Shown here piece by piece: positions 1 through 12,295 of a DNA stretch of 64,000 nt. Positions within the stretch are counted from its first letter, which is position 1. Every line of letters begins with the position of its first letter. Source of the DNA: Ophelia neglecta (lineage: Eukaryota); the NCBI GenBank assembly GCA_965285935.1, contig OZ260667.1, positions 22,320,001-22,384,000 on the forward strand. Reading direction: 5' to 3'. The notes below the pieces were generated by a model. The model was not told the DNA's origin. It did not search any database and saw only the letters and a list, made by a program, of their open reading frames with translations. Position numbers and translations under genes: made by a program.

Positions 1-325
1 AACGGCTACGGCGATCTGACTTGCGCAAAATATAAGCAATTGAACATTCAGTTACCTGTTTGATTTCGATGGAAATTGAGTGAAAAGAATTTCTTTTGCT
101 AAATTCCTTTCGCTGAGATATATAGGAAGTCACGCGGCCTATACACTTAAGCAACGTTGTTCAATACATTTTCTGGACTATGTATACGAGTTTCCACAAG
201 GCCTATTTGATATGTGTATTAGGCTTATTAATTAACGGTTAAATGTCCGTATCATGTTATTATAAACTGTTATTTGCCCGTAATTTATTTTGGTAAATAA
301 ACGAGTTAATTATCCACTTTTCAAG

Positions 326-497
326 GGCACAACCAGCAATACGGTTTCAATATGGGAATGCATGACCCACGGAAAATGTTACCACCACCCAACAGGGAAC
401 AGAGAGACAAAAACATCAAAATCAACCTGGAAAACAGAGAACTCTGGACCAAATTTCACAGTCTCGGAACAGAAATGATCATCACAAAATCCGGGCG
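326..497 (+). CDS. T-box gene exon (start of T-domain)
   Basis: ttttcaag acceptor and gtgagt donor; encodes [57 protein letters not shown]. An in-frame stop at 307 means either an upstream exon exists or ATG 352 is the start. Confidence 0.9.
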
Positions 498-3400
498 GTG
501 AGTGCATTTACTTTTATGAAGGAATTGGTTTATGACCGATGAATCGACGGAGAAATCTTTTGAAATCCACCTTCTACAGTGCATGGTGGTCTTTGACCGC
601 GAGAAATTCTTCGGAAACCAGTAAAATAAATTGCTTTCAGACTTGCATTGAACGTTGAAACTTAAATTTGACTAGAGCATGAAAAAAGTATTTATTTAGA
701 GGCAATAAATCAATGCAGGATAAAGAGATACATTTTATATAAATAGATATCATTTAAACATAGGAAATAATGACTGTCCCCCAAGTTGATGAATTGATTC
801 CGGCAGACTTCTTTCACGTAATTTTACACCGGTTTTAACAATTAATATTGACAGTTTTGAGAACTTGGTGACAAATTAAGCAATGTCCCATTGATGATGG
901 TTATAGACGCTTGTCTTAGGAACCGGACAAGATCCTATAAGCTGACACGGCGCGTTTGTTCAGGCGATTGTCCCGGTAACATTGTGCAAGAGCACTTCAT
1001 TATTTTCGAGAGTCAAGTGGGTATTCAGCCTCGCTTTCCGCCCCTTTCTGACCCACCAATTAAGAGGGATCGGCCTCCTCTCTTAGTTTACAATAACACT
1101 CCAATACTTGTATCAAAACCCCCTTAATACTTTAAGATGACATCTTTGCTCAGCCGTACAAGTTTGATGCACACCTACAAGATGTTTCAAGTATATCTTA
1201 GTGGTGATTTAAGGAGGTATACCCTTGTTGAAGACAGAACTTCAAGTGCCTTTGGTTTTAACTGCATATAGGATAATGATTAATCATCGGGAAAAAATAC
1301 AAGCCTCCGACACCTAAGATTTCGTCACCTTCCTTCGGATTAAGCATACTTTAGCAGCACAAATTCTTTTGACACTTTTGAAAGTTACTGACTCCGATAG
1401 TTTAGCTCTATGCCTATTTAATTAGTGTCGTAATATGGATTTCCTAACTATTATTACGGCGTGATGGTTTGTTCTTTGTAGGCTTCATCAATACAAAGTT
1501 AAGAGTGAAAGTTCGACTTAATAGTGGGATGCGGTGCCTTTGTTCAATGGTTCTAATGTAAATGCGATGTTTCCCAATACAAGGTCCTTGACTAATAATT
1601 AGCTGAATTAAGAAACAACCGACAGAAACGAGAGTAAATTAAATATATAGCGGCACCAAAACAGTATATTGAATCGTCAAATCTAAAGTAATTCAATTTC
1701 TCTTCTTTATCTGCCAAATCCTTTCTTCTTGCATTGCCAAGAAATTCCTCTAAGGAAGAATGCATTTCTTTTACCTGTCAGCGACTTTCCGATTTCTTTT
1801 GTGGAATTGAATACTAAATTATTGTGATAACAGGCCTAGGATTGTGGCTTCTATTCCCCCACTACGGGAAACCACAAAGGTGTTCTGGTTAGTTGATAAT
1901 TTATATCCATTAGAGTCTAAGTTATCTGCCTTTCCCCCGGCCTTAACACTTTGTCGCCGACCATTCCAGGCTATAATCATGGCGTCATTAGAATATGTTA
2001 GAGTTTGTTGGCGTTTTGAGGCCTCTTTATCCATGAATATCTTATTTCGTCTGCCTTAACTTGTCTGCTGTCCCCGGGACATGGGCCTTTGACACATGTC
2101 CCACCCACCCCCTCTAATTTGCTTGAAAATTCGCTTTCCGCTACACTCATTAAGTATTTTATTGGATGAGAAATTATCGTTTTTATTTGTGGTGTTCGTA
2201 GAGAGCGTGTCGGTGTAAAGTCGGGATGTTTGGCCCGAGGCACGCCAGCGTTTCCAGGCAGAGAAAGTCATATAAGTACGTAGATTGAATAGCCCCCTTC
2301 TATATTACAACTTGGTTGCCTCCGGTATATTCGACCTAGGCCTAATTGTATATAAAATGATCACTGGATGCTGTACCTTAATGAGTATTTAGCAGGTGCC
2401 CTGTCAATAATGAACAAGTGTTAAGGATAGTCGCTGCTCCCGTAGATTTAAAAAAAATGGATGGAAGATATACGTAAAATCATGTAGGTAGGGGCCCATA
2501 ACATTGGCTTAAAGTTTTACATCATATAGGCCTCTGATCTTAAATTGCGACAGAGAATTTGTATGTCCTATCTTCCCTTTACTGACATCAACAGACGCAT
2601 TGGAGGTTATCACATCTGCACGATTTTCTGTTTGTCATTATATATATATAGGCCTTTTTGACTTTGATGGAAAATTTGCTGACACCCTGCCCGTTGACTG
2701 CAGATTTAAGCATTTGGCAATTGAATTGAATTTCAGAGACGTTAAAATTTCAACACTACCGTGTTTAATTATAAAGGAGAATTTGACTTTACGACAATGC
2801 TTTGTTTTCTGTGAATTTTCCCATCATGACACTTTTGGAGATATATTTTCGGGTAAACCAGAGCCGAGACAAAAGGACGCGAGGTGCGAGGGAGACACGA
2901 GGACGTCAAGTCGATTGTAGGCTCTGATTTGTCTGAAAACCAACAGCAGCCAATAACTGTTATCTCCATAGTGCTAATTTCTTCTGAGATTCTTCAAAAG
3001 TGGCTGTCGTGTTTGAAGCTTAATGGTATCTTGTTTGGCGCCCCCCACCGCCTCTGTAGTGTCCTGTCTCTGGTCTTCTCTATTGTTTTAAGGTGTCTAA
3101 CGAGCACAGTGAGGCCTTGGTCCGTCGGGGGCTCCCATACAACGGGTTTTGTCATTTTTACGCGCCAATGTTCATAATGGCGGCGCATCTTTAAACTCGG
3201 AAGCTGAAATGGAGCTAATGTACTGGGTTGTTCAGTCACCGTGGTAAACAACGAACGTTCTCACGTCGGAGTTAATCAGCCACTTTTCGCTCGGTAGCCA
3301 TTGCTGCTCGGGGACATACAATTACTTATTGCCGTTTGAAATTCCGTCAATTAGCTAATCATTGTGTTTGAATACAAAAACAAAGTCATTGGGGGATAAA

Positions 3401-6400
3401 ACAAAGATTGTGATATTCATTTGAGTTTGAAATACATGGGGAGATATACGGGCCGTTATCACACCATTTGAATTGAATGTAGGACAGATTTCAACTTTGT
3501 TCCGTTGGATAAATAAATAAATTCCACGAGGTATTATTGATTATACTTTAATACATTGAATACACCAAATTTCTTAAAATGACACGTTTTAGGCCATCCC
3601 TTGAATTTAAACTGTAATTGTGCGTCGCCGTATCTGCCTGCGGTAAAGATGTTCTTGGCGGTAAAGTCTGCAGTGTAGAGTGCAATTGGCCAGTGCTGCT
3701 CTTTTGATCTCGGTTGTTTCATTTTATATGAATTGGTTGATATTTTCTTGCTTGTAATCTACTAGACTACTGACATAAATATCCGCCCAAGACGGACGCC
3801 ATGTAGAGAATTACAATGATATTCGAATATTGGCCAATTTGTACTTTAATTTATGACATCGGTGACCCAAATGATAGTAACTAATCAAGGTTGCCCTACA
3901 AACGGAACAAATGCGAGTGCTTCCACCCTATGGTATCGTTTGTCATATTGTTGAAACCATTTTTATAAATAATACAAAGAATTGAATCCTTTCGCAAAGA
4001 AAATTGATTCCTTTTCTCCGCTAGCTGCTGTTGTATTTGCATTCTTGGTGTAACATAATAAAATTTAATATAGTACTGTTTACTGATACAAGGCGAGACA
4101 AAATTGAACATCTGTTATCGAAATAGTTAAGGATTAAATAAATTACATTAAGGCTTATACTATTATTATAATTGGATTTCCACGGTGTGGTATGGTCCGA
4201 TGATTGCTTTCGCATAATATAACAACTTGGGTGCCAGTTAGCATGATCTTATCCCTGGTGCAAACACATAAACATAGGCTCCGTGCTAGGCGCAATCCCT
4301 TGTGGTCACTCGCCCCAACTGATGAATTTGCCGTGCTCGCTTTCCGGAAATATCAGTATGAGTCGAGAACAAAAACACCCAAAGGCGATAAAACATTGGC
4401 GCTGTCATTGGAGGTGGTAAAATGGTAAGGATTGTTTAGGATGCACGCCAAACGAACAAAATATAAGGCACGTAAGGTATTATCGAGGCTGGCGGGCGTC
4501 GGATGGTGAGTCGATGGACTGCCTTTGATCTTCTCGTCTGCAGCAAGCAAACCAACCATTAAGGCGCTCTTGCTCGATGGCAGAAGACGAACCAGCCAAG
4601 ATCGCCTCACCTTCGCTCAATGTGTGCGTATTATCTACGGCCATTTAGCACGTACTCATCAGACATCTTATCTCGAAAATAACAACGACAAGCCGTTCAT
4701 TAATGCAAACTCGGGCACAAGTCACTATTGACAGGGTCATTGATAACATCCGCTGTTGGCAGATAAAATTCATTGCATTAGACTCTATAATTTTGTATTC
4801 AAATGTTAAACAGACGTCGTACATAGATTATGCTACACATAATTATCATAATGTGTTTACCAACTGGCATCAAACTTCCGGCCTGCATATGGTCGGGGTT
4901 ATTTAAACAATTTTAATTTGTGCGATTTACATTCCACCATGTCTTCAGATATATAACTATAGCCATTAAGCTTTGTATGCATTCGAAGTGTTGAAATTTT
5001 ACAAGGATTCCACCTTTTAGTAGCAGCCAAAATTAGCGCTCACGGAAACACGCTATATTCTCATTGTTTCAGGCACCCCTTGTGGCCCAACTAGGATTTG
5101 ATTATTGCAGAAATATTGCCCTAATTAGCCTAATTGTTTAGAATAAGCTTGACGACCGTTTGATAAACTCTCTGCATAGAAATCTCAACTTTATGCCAAC
5201 GAACGTTAGAAATTATTCGAGTATAAATGCATGTCAAGTTTGAATTTCTCTAGATTTTATGGTTTATTCCTGCAGCTTGACACGCAATGTCTTCACTTAG
5301 ACTTTAAGTATATCATCGGCAGATCTCGATCCATTATGTGGATGTCACTGTGTTGCAATTGGAAGCCTTTTAGTGCTGTTAGGTTTTTTCGCACAGACTA
5401 TACATGTAAATACTTTCTCATATAGGCCTAAATAGGGTTAAACCCCGTATTTTATCCGCAGCAGAAGACATTAGACATAATCTTGAGCCAGGCCAAACAT
5501 TCTCCTTTCATACTCATCTTTCAAGATGAACCATGCAGGGTTGAATTTTGACATTCGTATATTGAGACTCAAAACGAGGCCGTATACTAGATACAAATTT
5601 CCTTCCGTTGCCATATATGGTATGTGCACGTCAAATATGTATAGGTTATGAAGAACCTATTATAATCCTTCATCCGATAGGCCTACTTAATCGAGTAGAT
5701 TGCCATTTCAGGAAAATGTTTGGTAATCTAATGATGCCTTGCGCAATAAAAGAGAATCGGATAAAATTTTCATTAGCCAAAACATTGTATACGTACATTG
5801 CCTGCCGTATGTTCTTTGTTGCTGTCTTTCGTGATATATAGGGGGATTATGAATATTGCCTGTTTCGGTGAAAATCAATAGTAGAAATTGTTATGATGCC
5901 TTTGTTTGCTCCACGTGTTTATTCCATTAATAATGAGAAGGTGAATTGATCGAGAATGCGAGCAGAAAATTGCCACGCACACGAATTTCGTCCGTCTTCA
6001 TCCTACTAAAACACCCGAACGATTTTCTTTTCATTGAAGATAAAAATGTCTTCTTGTTTATGGACATTCATCGTCCCCCCGAGAATGCGACTTGCGGCAG
6101 CTTATGGGTTTGTGCAGTATGCAAATTTTGAATGATGTATCCTGCGGGGTATGACCATTGTAAGTTCAATAGATAATTGAATATAAGCGGCAAAAGGACT
6201 TAATCTGTCGTTCATTAGTTTGGTTTTTGGCCAGATACATTGATGTGATCTTGGATAACGATGGCAGTTATTGCTGATCGCTCCTAATCATCCATCAGCC
6301 CGAGGCTCAGTAACAAAATGTTTGTGTACTTTTTGTTTCGGTGACATTTATGTCCGTTCCAGGCACAAAAAAACCAGCGGTTAAAACAGATAAGAAATAG

Positions 6401-9400
6401 AAGCTTTAGGCCACATTGATTACCGGGGCTTTAAATATTTCTTTTATCGAAACACAATTGAAAAGACATGCAATGCTAAAAACGAAGGCTCCTATTTCTC
6501 TATTAAGTATGCGCTGTCATATAGGACCATCATTAAGCATCCAAAGCCCAGGCTTTCAAAGAGGTATTTTCTATATGAATTCTGCAGGACGAATGCGGGG
6601 GGGGGGGGGAGGGGGGGGGGTTCTTAACACATATAGGCCAATAATTCGCCAGTAAGGTGTGGTACAAGGCCAGTGGGTAAATCCAAGATCCTCACTAATC
6701 AATTTAGAATGCCTTTCCATTTTCCTGTCTTTAATCAGAGCTCGATTGTGGGCTTCCAATGACCCCTTTGGCACTCCATAAAGTGATCACGGGCTCATTA
6801 GTTCATTATGGAGTGTACTCGGTGGCCATAAAATCTGATGGAGTTGAAATGTGTAAGAATTTGGACATTAATACATTCCTGAGCCGCCCGTGTTCACAAG
6901 AGAACTGCCCTCGATGTTAAGGCAGACGGCGCCTGATATGGTGTCACGGAGAATAGCTAAATTGTGAATTGTGTATTGGTTCAACAAAGCTCAACACTTT
7001 ACGTGAGAATCTGCCCGCGTCATTGTTACCGTATATTTGTATTGCTGATATACAATTCAATTGCGCAACTTTTAACAATAAAGTAATATGGTAATAAAAC
7101 TGCCAAATAACAATTAGTCCAACCACCCAACAGGTTGTAGGCTAATTGGACGAGTTCGGTTAAGCCTCATTGAAGAGCACGTAGTTTATTAGTCTAAAGG
7201 TGCCAATCGATTATCAATGACAAATCATTGATATAGTTTACAAATTGAATAGTTCGCAATATTCAACTTAATGCAGACATGCAACTGTTTTGAACAAGCT
7301 TTATATATGGCATTGTTTCAACGTCCTTGAATGTACATTAAAGCGCAAACCTCTATATTAAAAGCGTCGCTATTCCTAATTTCTTTTTGTTTTTTTGCAG
7401 ACGGATGTTCCCGACATATAAGGTTACTTTGGAAGGGCTGGACCCGCACGCCAAGTACATCCTCCTTATGGACCTTGTACCTTTGGATGACTGTAGATAC
7501 AAGGTGGGTTTTAAGTCACTGGAATTTAGCGGGAAATGGTCGGAACTCACGGGAATGTGACAGAAAGGGAAAGGCATACGCTTCCCTTATTTGACCTTCT
7601 CATTTCTAAATCTTAGAGTTGTACCATCAACCCTTCCCACTCCGTAATTTGCCCCTAGTCTCTAATAATACAAAAACCCTGACCTCTAAACACAATATAT
7701 GAGAGATTGTAAAAGGTGTAAGGTCTTGATTCTTATTCCGTGGGTCTTTAACGAGGATCAAAAGAAATAGATTGGCCGCCGCGTGTAGTCCGCTATCTCG
7801 GTATTCATTTAATTGTTGGCAGTGTTAGATCCTTGTTGATTTGAATTTTACTACATTATATAAAGTCATCGACCACCCTTATCACCGTTGTCTTTTTAAT
7901 GCAGCACAATTGTTAGGGTAATTCCTATCGCCGCCAAAGCGATGGTGTTTGTTTTTCCCTTTTAGTCACTTAGTATTTATGAGTTTGTCCGCAGAATTAT
8001 GAGTGTTTTATTTATGTTTTCAGTACCACAACTCGGAGTGGGTGGTGACGGGCAAGGCAGAGCCCCACATGCCGGGCAGACTCTGCATCCACCCGGACTC
8101 GCCAGCCAGCGGAGCTCACTGGATGAAGCAGCCAGTGTCCTTTCACAAACTCAAACTCACCAACAACAATCTCGACCAAAACGGACATGTAAGTCGCCCC
8201 ATTTACCAATGCTTTGCCTTCAAATTTTGCTGCACAATATAAATGCAACAAAATGGGTTTCTTTCCTAATTATCCTTCAAATTTATGGATAAGTAGCAAG
8301 TTGTGAATTGTGGTATTTACAATTTGTTGACTCCATTGGTCTGCGTTTTACAAGACAACCATATATGCATGTAGCCCTCATGATTAGTAAGCCTTCGTAA
8401 AGCTGATAGCCCTATATCATTCTTCACACAAGAACCACTCGCATAAGACACCCTACAAGACAATGCCATTGCAAGACCTATGCTGAAATGGCCAACCTGT
8501 TTGCATGAAGTTCTTCATCTGAATTTAGTGAGGAAGACTGAAACCATTTCTTAGATTATTGGCTACCTCCAAACCTAGCTCGTATTCATACTAGTCTGAC
8601 TTAGCTTAATGTGGCCGGGATCAGGTGAACGTCGGGCGACAAGGTGTGAAGATTAGCCACAGTGAGGCACTTCCGGTCCCCGGGGAGTATGATTTTGGGA
8701 AAGAGAATGGCTGGGCGTCCCTCGGCACGTGGCTTACGATCGTTTGGTTCCCCAAGGATACTTTAAACTACAGACTGGCGGATAGAGTCGGGCGTAGCAA
8801 TATCTTTACTGCAAAATGAGCTCATTAAGTTAGCAGAAGCGTCTTGAATTTAAATGCCAACGTTGCCCATACAATTTCTGCGGCAATAAAGAGCGCTTCA
8901 GAAATTCTATGACTTACACATATTTCTTCATTTGGCAATCCACCACTATATCAAAGAGAGGCAATTTGTGCCAATAATTGTACAGGTGTATTTTTGAACA
9001 TAAAATAATGTAGTATAATTTCTTGCAATTACAGATAATTCTAAACTCCATGCATAAGTACCAGCCCCGTATACATGTGGTCCAGGCTAATGACATATTC
9101 ACAATGCGATGGAACTCGTTCAACACATATGCCTTTGAGGAGACCACCTTCATCGGTGTCACAGCCTATCAGAACGAACAGGTAGGTTTTCCCATTCTCA
9201 TCACTGGCAACACACACGTAAATGACAATGAGCAAACTAGCTGATCGATTTATACACAGAAATAAGTTTTATTCGCTTTTACTCAACAATCTCTTTGCTT
9301 TGTCCTGCAGATCACACAGTTGAAGATAGATCATAACCCGTTTGCCAAAGGCTTCAGAGACAACGGAATGGGCAGAAGGTAAGCATCAGAATATTTCTGC

Positions 9401-10661
9401 GAACAAAAAAAAACATCTTTGAAACCCTTATTATGCTAAAAGCCATTATATTTCAGTTGCTTCTTACTTTCAACTTGCTTAGATTTTCTTCATTTAATGC
9501 TTCAATTCCCTGTACAATAACCAAGAATCGCACCTCATTGGGCTTTCGTCCTCAAATGGACATTGCTGTTATCAGTTTGTGCCAGTCGGAGCCACCTAGT
9601 TGCATGGTAATGCATGTGTTTGTTTTGTTTGCTAGTATGTATTTAGTTAACCCCCGTGCTTTAATTCACTTCCAGTCCATCCAATTGCAGAGACCATCGT
9701 CTCCATCTCAAGCGTCCAGTCGTCTCTCTGGACTCTAGTCTGGACAAAGACACGGACACAGACAAAGGTGAGACTGAGAAAAAAGTCATTTATTCCATTT
9801 AAACAACTGATGGCATTTTCAAATTGCTGCTCAATGTTGAAAGGCTTAATCGCTCTGAATTTTTGTTTACAAAGCCTTTACAAATGACAAATTATTTTTT
9901 CAGATGAACCCGAAAAGAAACATGTCAAGAGAGAGGATGATGTATCGCGAGGAACAAGTGTCCAGCCGTCAAGCGGGAAGTCCCTCAGGTTACCCCATAC
10001 GTCTTCACATGGAAGCGACAGGTCACATGGTCACAGCCAGCAGGGTCATGTGACAGGAAGTCATGACCATAATAAGAGCGCATCGTCCGATTCCGACGAT
10101 TTGCCCTCGTGTCAGGTGGTCAACAAGTCACGCACCTCCATCACGCAGCCAATCACCTCAAACAAAGCAGGAGGAGTTCGAAGCCCGCCTGTTCACTCCC
10201 GGAACCCTATTCAGTTGTCTCCGCAGTGTCAATACGCCGGACAGAGCACGTCGCCCTACTTAGGAGGCTCGGGGTCATCTCCTTCCTGTGAGCAGGTCTA
10301 TTACCCCCACCATACCGCCGCCAGTAACATGGCCATGCAAATGGCTAACTCGGCGGGTCTTCTCCAGTCGGTCTCCTCGGGATCGGGGCTGCTTCAGCCC
10401 GGAGCCGGTCTGCCCACGGGACTCAACCTCTCTCATATGAGTCAGCAGATGTCTGCCTGTCAACTGGCAGGGCAAAACAGCGCCTGCGCTCTCAACTCTT
10501 CCGGCTCACAAGGCGGATATGGACTTTCCGGAGCGGCGCAGGTACATACGTCACTTCCTTCCTGCACATACATGCAGAACCAGAGTTACCCAGCGCACAT
10601 AGCTAATATGGGAGTCATGAACCTCGCTTCGTCGTCACATTTCTCAAACCCCATGCTATAA
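326..10661 (+). CDS. TBX6: T-box transcription factor, Tbx6/16-like (subfamily tentative); 7 exons in window, probably 5'-partial
   Basis: join(326..497,7401..7503,8024..8188,9035..9181,9311..9378,9691..9767,9904..10661). All introns are GT-AG, phases are consistent, total 1490 nt. Spliced T-domain: [32 protein letters not shown]...[26 protein letters not shown]...[10 protein letters not shown]...[25 protein letters not shown]. The T-box identity is essentially certain. The subfamily call rests on remembered similarity ([24 protein letters not shown] resemble Tbx16/VegT) and needs a phylogeny. Confidence 0.9.
6597..6620 (+). repeat. poly-G tract in T-box intron
   Basis: G13-A-G10. Confidence 0.9.
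7401..7503 (+). CDS. T-box gene exon
   Basis: ttttgcag/gtgggt; [34 protein letters not shown]. Confidence 0.95.
8024..8188 (+). CDS. T-box gene exon
   Basis: ttttcag/gtaagt; [55 protein letters not shown]. Confidence 0.96.
9035..9181 (+). CDS. T-box gene exon
   Basis: ttacag/gtaggt; [49 protein letters not shown]. Confidence 0.96.
9311..9378 (+). CDS. T-box gene exon (end of T-domain)
   Basis: cctgcag/gtaagc; [23 protein letters not shown]. Confidence 0.95.
9691..9767 (+). CDS. T-box gene exon (basic/acidic linker)
   Basis: ttgcag/gtgaga; phase 2 in and phase 1 out bridges the flanking exons; [25 protein letters not shown]. Confidence 0.8.
9904..10661 (+). CDS. T-box gene last coding exon (S/G/Q-rich C-terminal region)
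   Basis: tttttcag acceptor; in frame with the 203-aa ORF 10050..10661; ends [12 protein letters not shown]. Confidence 0.88.
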
Positions 10662-11253
10662 ACTATAGCTAGTGACAATTAATGGACTGAAAACACAAAC
10701 TGTTTTGCATTTGAAAACATTCACATTCCTGTGTTTGGCGACAAACAACTACCCCATACTGGCGTGTTTAGCGGTAAAGATAACGTGAAAGGACACACTA
10801 TGAGCTTATCAGAATGTCTGTATACAAGGGGAAATAAGGTCTTGAAAGACACACATATAGCCTGTTGGGGGAAAACGGTACGCATGGGTAGCCAGTCGAT
10901 CTAAAATGCGGGAAGATAGTTACAGCAACGAAGTAGATGCATGTCACCTGTGTTCTGCATGGTTCGACTTCTCGCCGTTAGGTTGTGCTATGGTTGTTTG
11001 AGCTCCAGTTTGTGTTGGACTAAACTTGTTTGCATCTCTAGTGTCAAACGTATAAACTGTACTTTGAAATTGAATCGAACTGTGTATTTGTTGGTTTCAA
11101 CTTTTATAATATATAATTGTATTCGGCAGGTTGGCGAGTATTCTTTTGCTTCATATTACTGCTTATAAGCTCGGAGTAATGTGACATAGATATGATGACT
11201 TTTGATTATTGCCTAATTTATAAGCGGTTTTAATGTTTACATCCCGAAATGGA

Positions 11254-12295
11254 AATAAAATAGATTGGTAATGATAGAACTGAATTTTGCAGAATAATGT
11301 TATCTCAAATTCGTATTAAGTAAATGTACGAGTAAAGGAGGGCTCTTTGTTGTTACAACAGATAACTAGAATTAAATTCATTCGTTGAAAAGTTAAGTCG
11401 CTAAAAACATAGGGCTTATATGCATTGAATATGTGACTTTTCCTCGAGAGTATCCCCTTCCCCTCTGTCAATCTGTTAATCTGTATTAATATTGTATTTC
11501 TATTGACACAGGTGTACGAAAGTGTACAGAACTGTAGAAATATATATATTTCGAGGAAGCAGAACATTTCTTGAAAGTCGCTTAATTTTCCTGCACCCAA
11601 AAATTCATTGCATGAAATTTTCTGACTAACTCTTTATTTGCTTAGGAGACAACTTATGTCAGTGTCGAAATTTCAAGTCGCAAGATATAACGTGTAATGT
11701 TACCGCGACATTATTTTCCCACATTACTTGGTTAAAAGAAGGACCATTTACCTGGAATCATTCTCAGTGGTGCTGCCCACTCCAATACTTTCACTTCAAG
11801 AGGAGGTCGCGCGGATCATAATCTGACCCCCGCCCCTCGCAGTGGACCCCCCCCCCGCCCCCATGTACATGTATTACCCTCTTAAGCTTATTAGGCCATG
11901 TGTTGTCTTTGCAATTGATGTATCACATCATTGAGAGTGGACAGCACCACCGAGAAAGGTTCTATAACTATAGTCATCAACTCGCAAGCACACTGCCAAA
12001 GGGAATAATTCATGGAAGAGAATTCGATTATAGTAAATGGTAATTTATTTATAATGTTACGAGTCTTGTTACGTGTTAAATGACAGATTAAGTCGAATTA
12101 TGTGCTTATTTGTGAATATTTGTAGAACTGGAGTGTATAGTGGTCAATATCAGTCTATATATAAAGGTCGAAGCACACAAACTATTGTATAGGCAGACGA
12201 TTATTATTTGATAAATGTATAAATATGTATGTATAGTCCGTACTTTCTGATCTCTACATGAAATTAAATGTTTAAAATATACTACCTGTGTTTTT
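11254..12295 (+). terminator. candidate polyadenylation signals of the T-box gene
   Basis: AATAAA at 11254-11259; ATTAAA at 12263-12268 with upstream TGTA elements and a downstream GT/T-rich tract. Confidence 0.35.
11753..11964. mobile_element. degenerate MITE-like / foldback element
   Basis: About 30-bp imperfect inverted repeats: ttctcagtggtgctgcccactc at 11761 versus gagtggacagcaccaccgagaa at 11935; no coding capacity. Confidence 0.5.

Noticed and set aside
290-478. 62-aa ORF from the track
   Set aside because: Wrong frame over the real T-box exon 326-497.
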